Source: a virus (taxonomy: Duplodnaviria > Heunggongvirae > Uroviricota > Caudoviricetes). From it: 64,000 nucleotides of DNA. Below the pieces are notes generated by a model, which searched no databases, was not told where the DNA came from, and saw only the letters and a program-made list of their open reading frames with translations. Of this stretch, positions 58,801 through 64,000 are shown piece by piece (position 1 is the stretch's first letter; each line of letters opens with the position of its first letter). The stretch covers positions 35,712 through 99,711 of IMG/VR virus record IMGVR_UViG_3300033143_002040; one strand, given 5' to 3'. The translations under genes were made by a program, and so were the position numbers.

Positions 58801-61800
58801 ATAATACTATTATAAACTGGTGTACGAGAACCATCATGTCCTAGTATGAACTGAGTGGAATTAGCATATGTATCATCTGTGATAATAGCTGGAACCACGG
58901 CTGTATAGAGTCCTAATTTAGTAGGAGTCGCAGGAATGTGTGCAGCCGAAGATTCTCCAAAGAGGCGCATGACTATGCTCGCACCTACCGATGGTGGAGT
59001 TGTCATTGTTATTTGGATTGGGTTAAGATTTGTTATTGTATAATCTTTTCCAACCGCCTGTAAAATTTCATCAATGTAAACATATAATACATTTCTTTTA
59101 TCTTCTAGGTCAACGAAGTCTGTTGTGCTGTATATGAGTGTAGCCCCTGTACCCACGAATACTGTCTCTTGATACACAGTGTTCCACGCTATCATGTACG
59201 TATCATTGAACGCTGTGTCATACTCGCGTGCCCTAATGATGCGACGTATAGCCTCGTCTACCCATTCGCTTACGGGTATCTGATTGCCTAACTGTTGAGG
59301 GGTAAAGCCTTCCTTGACTAACTGTATGCCTACCCTTATGAACTTATTCTTATAGCGTGTGTACTCATTAGATGATAGACGTAATGCCTCTACTATGTCT
59401 AGCTCATCAGTGGATGTGCATAGCATTGTCTTGATGAGTGGGCTTTGGTTCTGTAGTATGAACGTACCCAGTGAGCCATCTTTGAGTGTGTCTCTATAGT
59501 TATTACCTGCACCGAACGCTGTGCCTTCATACACAGCCTGCTCAGTGATGATAGATGTATAGTGAGGGGTGAACTCATTCCATGATTGTTCTAGGACTTC
59601 TAAGTTGTTAGGGTTGTTCTCTAATGCATTAGGTATCTCAAAGTATCCTAAGTCTTCGTCTGCTATTGCATCGAAGGTGTAGGTGAGTAACTCTACTACT
59701 GCGCCTTCGCCAGGTGCGCCTGATGCTTGCTGGCGGGCTAAGATAGCTGCGCTTACTATTGGTGCAGTAACGAATGTAATGACTGTGCCTGTTGATGCAT
59801 CTTGTGATACTATGATATAATCTGTGAAGGCATTGCTTAAGTCTGTGCCTAGGGTTTGATACAGTCCATCAATGTATACTTCAAAGTCTTCGCTGATTGA
59901 TGAGAAGGTGTAGCCAGCTTGGGTACCTGTGCCAGCCGCTGATTCATCATTGGTTGATCGTGCTAATAGTTTCATACTATTAGTCTCAGGTATGTAAGCG
60001 AACTCAGATGTATTCAAACGTCTGCCTTGTGTTACAACAAAGTTAGCTGGGCCAGAGACTTGATCGACTGGCCCACCGCTTATTGGGAATGTGTTTTCAT
60101 CGTCTGTTGTAGTTAAGAATCTATCTATAACTCTTAACTCCTCTGGTGCAGTAGATGATTGCCAATTAGTCTCAAAGCTTGAGCCTAGGATGGTACAATC
60201 AGCAGGCGCAGTATCAAACACCTTGAAGAAATAGTAGCCTACTATCTCTGTGGTGGCTGAGCCAGTTGGAGTGTAATCGACTCGATCTGTCTCGAGGTCG
60301 TTCTCAAAGATAACATCTCCCAGTTCTCTAAAGCCTTTGGTCTCTAGTGGAAATCCAAGAACTGGATCATCAGTAAGGGAACCACCTCCCTGCTCTGTAA
60401 GTCGTTGTTGTGTAAGGACTTTATATGAGTATATCTCATTGCCTATGAAAGTGGAAACAGGGTAAGCTGTTGAATCGTCTAGGGTTATTCCATCTCCATC
60501 ATACAGACTGAATAGTGGCTGCTGGTTAGCCGCATCTTTGCTCTGTGCTAGCTCCCACGTGTAAGTCACTGTTAATACATCTAATTCTTGATAGAACGTA
60601 GAGCCTTGGTAGGCGGTTCCCTCCAAGATCAATATGTTCTCTCCTATGTCTACTGTGACAGAGCTAGGGAAGATGCCTGTCTCTAGATCAATACGTTCTA
60701 GTAAGATAACGCCTGGGTTTGTAACAAGATCAACATGCCATATGAAACGTGTCAATGCGCCAGTGGCACCGCTTACATCCCATGGTGTAGTACCTGCGGC
60801 TGCAATGTGATAGCCTCTCAATACTGCTGCCACTGCGCCTTCTGTTACTAATGATTCTGTTGAAGCCAGCGTGATAACTGTAGAAGTAACACCAGCCGCA
60901 GCAATCTCATAGTCACCGTCATTAGATGCTGAGCCTGCAATGTTTATTGTCTGGCCAGGTGTAAAGCCTTCAGCTAAGAAGTCTACGCCACCGCCAGCAC
61001 CAGTGATCGTATCAGCCGAACCTACATCAGCAAACGCTAGTGTAGTTGCAGTCGTAGTAGTAACTGGACCCGACTCATCCCATCGTGAGCCAGTGAATGT
61101 GCCAAAGCCAGCATCAGGATCTTTATCCCACTCTTGGAACGTTGGCACACTAACAGGATTCAAGAAGATAAGTGTATCTCCGTTCACTAGTTCATGTCCA
61201 TCTACTTCTAGTCCAGAGCCAGCACCTTGGATATCACCAAAGCTTTCTGTCTCTGCTACTGCTGTTACTTCACCAATAAATCTATTGCCAAAGTTATATA
61301 GTTCAATGTCTTTTTTAAACTCTAAGATAGGCCGAGCGGCTTTGTTACTACGTGACACAGCCGAGGCAAGTATACCATCAATCAATGCGCCACTACCATT
61401 ACCAGTAACAATCGTGTTGTCATCCCATAACGTAACGCCCAACTCATTAGCTGTATCTAGTGTTAATGAGAAGCCTGTACCTGGACCTGTTGATCCTGTT
61501 TGACTCTGGGTAGTTCCTTGTGTTAAGATAAGAGAAGTACTAGACGTAGTAATAGTAAACTCAGTCACTACACCTGCCAATACATTCTCCACTTCAATAA
61601 TTGTGCCATCATCTAGTGTAACAAAGTCACCTATAACATGAGAAGCTCCACCAGCATAAGTACCATTAGGTGATACGTTATCAAAGTCCGCCTCGGTCTG
61701 CCCTAATGATGTCAAGAAGCCAGAAGCTTTAGTAGCAATGTTATTAGGATCCCACGATGAACCAAGTCCACCAACAGCCTCATTATCCCATTGCAATGGC

Positions 61801-62807
61801 TCAACAATAGCAGGTATAGATCCTGCTCCATTATGCTGTGCAAACGAATATCCAGTACCTCTTGTTAATACTCCTATGCCATCAATAACTCCACCTAATG
61901 CTATACTAGAGACAAAGAATGAACCATCAGACCCGTCACCCACATTAACTAGAAGAGGATCACCTACCTCATAGTTTAGTCCACCATCAGTAATCGTTCC
62001 ACCAAGTAACTGTCCAAGAGCCGTAATGCTATCAACTGCGTCTTCATGGAACCATCTATTACTTCTACTCCAAGGACTACCTTCACAACTTCCACGCTCA
62101 CTAGTAATGTAATCAGCTATACTTAGGTCAGCAGGCACAACACTCAAGTCTTCTACTAAGCGAATACCTCTACCAACACACTCTACATACAATGGCGTAT
62201 CATAAGATGCCGAACCTTCAAACTGTACACGCATACCTGTACTGAACTGGAAGTCTCCAGGAGTCAAGTTGGCATTATTACTAGTATTGAAGTCTGTAGC
62301 GCCAATGATGTCGCTCTCTATGAAAGTATCATATGTAGCAGCATCCCAAAGCGGTGCTTGGATGAACGCCGTAGGAGCAGTATTAGTTATGTTTGATGCC
62401 TCCAACCAGAGATAGTTTTGATAGTTTAGGAACTTATCTACATCTATCGGCGGTGCAAAGCTATAGTATAGATCACTAAACAATCTATCATGGTTGTCAA
62501 TATTGCCGCCACGATGCTCAACATAGTTTAATAGGTCTTCATAGAAGTTATGATTCGAGTCTTGCAATGCAGCATTAACCGCATAGGCAATAGGCTCAAG
62601 CTGATAAGACGCTCTGTTCTTATTAGGTTCACCTAAATAATTATCCACTGCAGGGTCTAGGACATCACTCGAACGCCTACCGATAAATCCCTGTGCCTGT
62701 TCTACATTGGCTGAATTAAATAACTGGTCAAATGTCGCAGCATAGAACTCCTTTTGGACCTCTGTCTGCAATATTGCCGGTAATTTCTTTACAAATCTCT
62801 GAATCAT
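46881..62807 (-). CDS. giant (5,308 aa) repetitive fibrous structural protein, probably a tail-fibre/baseplate-associated fibre
   Basis: 15.9-kb uninterrupted ORF; two repeated module types (DTITRTGG...GQxIxIxGSxxNDGTYTIxxVTxTVITL x5; FDNVSPNGTxxGGxGY...GDIITLxDGTxxxV x6); many GTGY motifs; heads the minus-strand tail-fibre operon. Confidence 0.85.
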   Translation of the reverse strand: MIQRFVKKLPAILQTEVQKEFYAATFDQLFNSANVEQAQGFIGRRSSDVLDPAVDNYLGEPNKNRASYQLEPIAYAVNAALQDSNHNFYEDLLNYVEHRGGNIDNHDRLFSDLYYSFAPPIDVDKFLNYQNYLWLEASNITNTAPTAFIQAPLWDAATYDTFIESDIIGATDFNTSNNANLTPGDFQFSTGMRVQFEGSASYDTPLYVECVGRGIRLVEDLSVVPADLSIADYITSERGSCEGSPWSRSNRWFHEDAVDSITALGQLLGGTITDGGLNYEVGDPLLVNVGDGSDGSFFVSSIALGGVIDGIGVLTRGTGYSFAQHNGAGSIPAIVEPLQWDNEAVGGLGSSWDPNNIATKASGFLTSLGQTEADFDNVSPNGTYAGGASHVIGDFVTLDDGTIIEVENVLAGVVTEFTITTSSTSLILTQGTTQSQTGSTGPGTGFSLTLDTANELGVTLWDDNTIVTGNGSGALIDGILASAVSRSNKAARPILEFKKDIELYNFGNRFIGEVTAVAETESFGDIQGAGSGLEVDGHELVNGDTLIFLNPVSVPTFQEWDKDPDAGFGTFTGSRWDESGPVTTTTATTLAFADVGSADTITGAGGGVDFLAEGFTPGQTINIAGSASNDGDYEIAAAGVTSTVITLASTESLVTEGAVAAVLRGYHIAAAGTTPWDVSGATGALTRFIWHVDLVTNPGVILLERIDLETGIFPSSVTVDIGENILILEGTAYQGSTFYQELDVLTVTYTWELAQSKDAANQQPLFSLYDGDGITLDDSTAYPVSTFIGNEIYSYKVLTQQRLTEQGGGSLTDDPVLGFPLETKGFRELGDVIFENDLETDRVDYTPTGSATTEIVGYYFFKVFDTAPADCTILGSSFETNWQSSTAPEELRVIDRFLTTTDDENTFPISGGPVDQVSGPANFVVTQGRRLNTSEFAYIPETNSMKLLARSTNDESAAGTGTQAGYTFSSISEDFEVYIDGLYQTLGTDLSNAFTDYIIVSQDASTGTVITFVTAPIVSAAILARQQASGAPGEGAVVELLTYTFDAIADEDLGYFEIPNALENNPNNLEVLEQSWNEFTPHYTSIITEQAVYEGTAFGAGNNYRDTLKDGSLGTFILQNQSPLIKTMLCTSTDELDIVEALRLSSNEYTRYKNKFIRVGIQLVKEGFTPQQLGNQIPVSEWVDEAIRRIIRAREYDTAFNDTYMIAWNTVYQETVFVGTGATLIYSTTDFVDLEDKRNVLYVYIDEILQAVGKDYTITNLNPIQITMTTPPSVGASIVMRLFGESSAAHIPATPTKLGLYTAVVPAIITDDTYANSTQFILGHDGSRTPVYNSIIDELLLEFETRIYNGIIEGFRKNYTIPLEMDTYKPGKFRSTRWELSELQDLIKQSFYKWVSSNKADYITNGYYDALDPFTWNYKTVVDVDGELLPGYWRGIFDYYYDSQTPDTTPWEMLGFSAIPDWWESTALLVGDDGAEELALFGDNFTGYGSAPYVSTNAMWSDLENGYVRRQVDIATEEIVLGYVDTRYARTDLVADHLPVDVLGALKASPLLCIDASASLVDPSASDAAADYDWTDKAPVEYAWETSESFPFAVAEALFLARPGEFGEKFWDPEHIYEVPVDNEQIVSSDAGIFKRIGNSTLYVHGEVVSGVAQIQTGYQVWIAGRLKSLKKDVTVDFGNLLRTLDVKLGHKMAAFTNKDTMKVFVEGISVTSQASNLLVPAENIDVALYTGAPVTDYVYSGALVRALADDQYQVFGYDVTAAEFIIVPRVISAADQDVTVGGQPETFIQFAIGTSYMLGMIARLNGIFYRCIEAHQADTFEADKWLKLNKLPITGGVSATYKVTGANSEVAIPYGHKFNGVQEVFDFLVGLGEAQTNAGWTFETVNSANNTINNWVQAAKDFLFWVGTQWEENSIIQLSPMAEKAILIAQEGYVDNVEQVINGVYAVLDKNGVAIDPINTIINRVDRRIELEPDIEQTGIYGLHAITRETENIVTFDNVTVFNDTLYDPVLGSRLARLDFRGRRTREWTGKLEAAGFIITANGLLPNYENMVDSIRNYHNTEVVLDNPAIEETARHLIGFDERDYFTDLGILDDAQYQFYQGMVRQKGTRQAVEKMERNKLVTDIDNDLTIIEEWALRLDSFGAVCVNNFTEFLIAADEVKVDPQLVQLAYPATESVPPTYAFDSVDDVTVTDDDPDGVRGDLVTIDNHNYRSGAPKTYSAGGGTVVGGLLDDTEYYIIVIDEDRFQFALTKSDATSVTPIHIDLTSTGVGTAHTLTAFPTGVVTEIDLVSAANTYTIAPTVFITNHPDDTTGSGATAVSILDTDGSILRIDILTGGTGYSQPPQVAIGLPVISALADRATARISFDVATDDPSNGAILIDIDDETRWITKPGGVACDVAGEVWPDDVLDTYNTTNAGYVHSEDANFQSFSEADVDSLATAATVPSKHGQTIWVARDAREEFGVYGLDGYKGSTILGQVNTDFDNVSPNGTFFGGTGYVATEIITLSDGTQVTVNTVSSGAVVTFNITLASQTSFAARADTTLTTASSNGLGNNDFTLTPGIANEESGSDLLGIGATLTQTPAAEDDGLVTLTSIPREDLIEAQFTIDVDGEVVEAVTVIGGGFGYTRDAEFTITSNTVPSSNGNAIIEYQVDAFGSIATANVKVGSTGSEYYVTIDTVTVAAGGTGYSIDDVLTVVGGTGVGATLTVDEVATIASQTYLLFDGVTLDEGTFAGGTGHDIGDIITLTDGSTITVDNATVSTIALQTEADFDNSPTTEGTFTAGTDYLIGDIITMSDGTVVQVTGAGDPFVTPVVGAPITAFQIISASTVTTIFNNEVLAPRQAPPSGGAGFTLTLDVDNVQVTPTTGIVSEFTVTTATTAGITTDLDTIAQASSDGTGVNFSLTLGRLNQEVFSVEITTRGEYSNDASLPTASGAATTVLPSGGTGATVDLTFFDDGIVVSSDDIIEPTGWRRYMGNSIRNEGQIYANNVLYDYVLVSGSTYTLSKDGEPIEDNILADDTEYFTLMNLRFRTIGERRIFESTLALFGSQSLDVDNVTLNDLIVWTDGENSPVTTSDAATLIFADDNPDTITRTGGSSTFVSEGFFEGQTITITGTVSNNGTYTIATSGVEPFVITLIADDTLVSETIASTITGAALNTVWTASEFITTATPAVGLFLDESLSIGSGSSILGTDVPASKQTAFIALNDWNATGGAGGGAGLAIDSGANTITRTDGTPFDDPGFFVALQEITISNSEDAGNDGIHDILTVTSTVITLSTSLTTTNADDDSMEISITETAAAETIVDNSAAVDFDAIFDIGDLVEIISDSNNGFWTITDIFGGTGFPEGERGYLRVTPTDLIRNGGFEHVLSPSVIKSPAGVLYSYNALRIEAEYIETYKFENAFVYENDTKDTLAQIPVYDPFKGIIPGTADLNITWKSQRDPARYTNASVDDAAKLVSADLAFDGDQVGLLWWDQSTSAYLHYEQGTDEYRRDNWGKLFSGSSVDVYEWTRSTSLPTAYTGDGIVRSLTNYTELQEWDPILERVATYYYFWVKDRTEIPGGVNRTIAAFEVASIISNPAANLYQWFSPVSQSGFMFSGVDGVFTDSDNVFQINFRRSDDERPTHVEWELGRENDPSYVINNIHWDKTVDSLVGYTVPIPIGTEAYTDDIGEFNTDPVGATDTSGIDSGTEAITFKAEHGFSNGNGARYSKAGGIDTIGLTDGVMYYIEVIDSTSVYVHSQARQANPLFGVPNPATRVNIASVATPALPLLPEVHKLTVESLALNNFNNALPTAADPTMGYLVVPDPTLSAANQLGIRTRPMQTMFFDIFDARRVYVDKINQLTESIILRDENPLWNATLSTNDLWEWVDWYLEGFDETNSSPIRQVDDTSDLVLLLNPLDGDIVKVIGTRFSLYEYSSDTELYTLIMREASRLNLLSTIYTTDQSLATALELRELILAIETEVFVNELVVNNNLVYFAMLNYVFSEQDDLDWAFKSTYIFLDQTGQTLSQPRVFQEDPFDSALEYITEAKPYQTKVRDFRVTRATELDLAEGEATEQSRTITSFMVYDQIRGGDLSVTEMRIAKFENSQSSSYKGYSTLDNGTVFVRLGAAGRAVNNYRTELADIQAPTGGITADITVDVAGGQLVSVNIVTPGFGGTGYTNDTGVTLTLTSTAGGGNGTGEITYDIILGVITNLFISNSGSGYINGTAIDVLETPLPNTGTTLAEFDPAQNGNPTTTEELEAVALINTAITSEFFFDYQGSFLQNTSFGGLPTLGSYTLFDGGSGYVVGDILQLDAGSGTPVSNAQFRVSAEAGTVITALDLIDGGSYIQTPTIDPVDLLGGSGSGAQLTALVFENGSSVPHDTTPWDQIGFESSVNDPSVTTLDGSPDDLTTTVPGSTQSNYDGVFPNGSFAGGSGYKANTGSNDYTSGLTFALVGGADTITRTDGTAFNTAGEFTVGQRLIVTLSENTGENDGTYTIVDVTATVITLSTSDVLVNTSTPPDTTAQLAGFDTIIMQDGPSSNNGSNITVDVVAAGVVTGFTLTGGSTAFIIAGDPILQASSNDAGIGFVLTTGTANTTQGTFANIPSEETFSGNSSTKEFEILSTVPTFFMFVVVDDIEQVLNVDYFFIGTTLTFVSVKDVTGFRTFGAPSTGTDNIQIFTYIEAGDLINPQVTAGISEEMVPLDPRENLIVIADSTDIVLTVAGTGYAVGETLTATGGVRLQTTIAAQDETDFDGVGSNGTFTSGDGAEVIRVAPVVSQSLAFDGSNTSDTITRTGGTAFDTLGFASGQKLIITGSENLGENDGTYTIVNVTATVITLSINDAVKTNTEDTTATLTVGSTAYVVGDIITMTDQTTVTVDAVDVNGDVTDFTVTTASGLGFQSATILSQISITQFVPLDPPVVATGFSITPDTNNEDDFGSPLTIDVVTTSSGPPGPIATFTVTNQGDYFVYPTSPFATTADASGVNATFTLTALSYRIHHDTQQNLTSHRYADGASTALTATLGLTDNLIPVTLVTNLYSTTPTLDDPQIAWIGTERIEYHGVNVGANQLTGVVRGTQGTHAQTHQIASKVFDGGTDQVIPASSIYWVNSATTSYQSGAATGGIWINNGNGNVHFADVVETTFVTTDSVVVGDTLRVTTAFNSQIQNSYFIKDLIASGEVSIITVDIAGTGYSVGDTISVASLEGALGPSATPAVLEVGGVYDDGSILYVTIVDRGTGYTPGGAAFTISGAGDGNAQISVTTNLEGVVLALSGDIINEEGRISENYGVTWVLDRALPGGLNAATTVAAAFIQLEEGNALPISLSP

Positions 62808-63033
62808 TCCCTTTTTATTCCTTTTTTATTCTCGTCTCCACCGTCCCTAAAGTTATGGAAACAGCGTAATAGTAGCTATTAATAACTAAAACCCATCACT
62901 AGTTGCACTAGTGATATAAAGCCTTCATTTGTAGCATAATTATCATTCTTAAACCCTTGTATAGCTTCATTCTTCTCTACTATTCTTTTATACTGCTTAA
63001 CTGTTCATTATATAAGACACTAGTGATTCTTAT

Positions 63034-63162
63034 ATCGTAATAGTGGTAAAAAATCACTCTCGATACTTCTCTCTTGTAAAACCCACTGAACGGTCATCAT
63101 TTAGTGTTGTTAGTGTATTATTAAATCGTAATACTGGTAAAAATCACTCTCGATACTTCTCT
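63034..63162. repeat. two ~39-bp direct repeats (ATCGTAATAsTGGTAAAAATCACTCTCGATACTTCTCT) upstream of the giant gene
   Basis: copy 1 63034-63072, copy 2 63125-63162; 1 mismatch + 1 indel. Confidence 0.8.
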
Positions 63163-63411
63163 GTATGTGTACATTTTACCATTCTAAATCCTCTGTATCG
63201 AAAAAACGTCCTACCACTCTCTACGTCAACTATAGCTTCATTGTTACTTTTTCTGCGTGTTTAAAAACATTCTTATATCGTATTCGGGACTATTTTTGCC
63301 TCCCTATTATCTCACTCACTTACACTCAAATACATCATACAATTTAGTACTGTTGTGAATAGTTACTACAGTCAAGCCTACAAGTAGAGTTGCATGAGTG
63401 AATATAGTATC

Positions 63412-63531
63412 TCATAGGATATAAGTATCAAATCCATATGCTGCTAGTGTTACTACTATTACCATTACGAACGGCCATGCGTATACTCTTACGCTGCCGA
63501 TCATCCAACTTTTAGTTTCACTTAATTTCAT
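63412..63531 (-). CDS. small TM peptide (39 aa), ATGA-coupled to the upstream gene
   Basis: MKLSETKSWMIGSVRVYAWPFVMVIVVTLAAYGF. Confidence 0.35.
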   Translation of the reverse strand: MKLSETKSWMIGSVRVYAWPFVMVIVVTLAAYGFDTYIL

Positions 63532-63776
63532 CTTGTTTCTCCATAACTTGGTTCGTGATCGTTGCCTAGTGCATTGTCGTGTCCTAAGCTGTCGCGACTT
63601 CGTGACCATTGTTCATATGCTTTCTTCCAGCTTCCGTCGTACCAGTTATCTGTTGTACCATCGTTCAGTCCGTTTTGATAACCAGCGTGAAAGGCTTCTT
63701 GTTCATAAGATAGAGTGTCTTCGTTAATGTTCTCTAGCTTTTCCATTAAATCTTTCATATCTATTTGCTTGTTCAT
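63528..63776 (-). CDS. hypothetical protein (82 aa)
   Basis: ORF, acidic/aromatic. Confidence 0.4.
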   Translation of the reverse strand: MNKQIDMKDLMEKLENINEDTLSYEQEAFHAGYQNGLNDGTTDNWYDGSWKKAYEQWSRSRDSLGHDNALGNDHEPSYGETR

Positions 63777-64000
63777 ATTATATCTCTGTCTATTCTTTAT
63801 GGTTTGTGAAGCTTGTCTTAGCTAGTTCGTATACTATTTCGTCGGATTCTTTATCGAGTGTTGCGCCTTCTATGTGGCATTCAGTAGTTGTGTACATGTC
63901 GTTATTACTATCTGTGATATGTATGCAGCAAGGTTGATTACTCTCTACACATCCTTTTACGTTTCTTATGTCTACGCAGTCTAAATTAGCAGAATAGATG

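Noticed and set aside
47000-62000. About 20 plus-strand ORFs of 60-233 aa lying inside the giant gene (e.g. 48187..48525, 53101..53802, 60940..61503)
   Set aside because: Opposite-strand shadows of the repetitive Thr/Val/Ser-rich giant ORF. Their translations are mirror low-complexity (VTVAV.., PSFSP..), and one 15.9-kb ORF explains the region.
1-64000. CRISPR arrays, rRNA, integrase/attachment sites, transposases
   Set aside because: No regularly spaced direct repeats with unique spacers and no integrase or transposase motifs were found. The only repeats are the two 39-bp copies at 63034/63125 and the intragenic protein-module repeats.

Overview
This window is a densely packed, T4-like (gp43 / RNase H / frd / nrdC-type) virulent myophage segment. 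Nucleotides 1-40,170 are an almost entirely plus-strand early/middle region. It carries a 5'-truncated family-B DNA polymerase and a putative 7-deazaguanine DNA-modification set (TGT/DpdA-like transglycosylase, QueD-like, QueE-like) next to a NADAR enzyme. It also carries peptide deformylase, T4-type RNase H, a secreted HtrA-like protease with glutaredoxin, two HNH homing-endonuclease paralogs, and a MoxR/CobS-like AAA+ ATPase paired with a VWA-zincin protein. Each gene of that pair has its own consensus sigma70-like promoter and intrinsic terminator. Further genes are RtcB RNA ligase, an SPFH/flotillin protein, an HNH nuclease, an H1-like KA-rich protein, DHFR on the minus strand, and many small genes. 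Several of the small genes belong to paralogous families; the largest has at least 12 members ending in a KEYFKKKLxG-like motif. Nucleotides 40,356-62,807 are a minus-strand late/structural block of tail-fibre-like genes. One of these ends in a Hedgehog/intein-type Hint domain preceded by a poly-Gly-Cys-Phe junction. The block also contains a 5,308-aa giant repetitive fibrous protein with two internally repeated module types. A 600-bp AT-rich noncoding region with two ~39-bp direct repeats lies upstream of the giant gene. I saw no tRNA, rRNA or CRISPR array.
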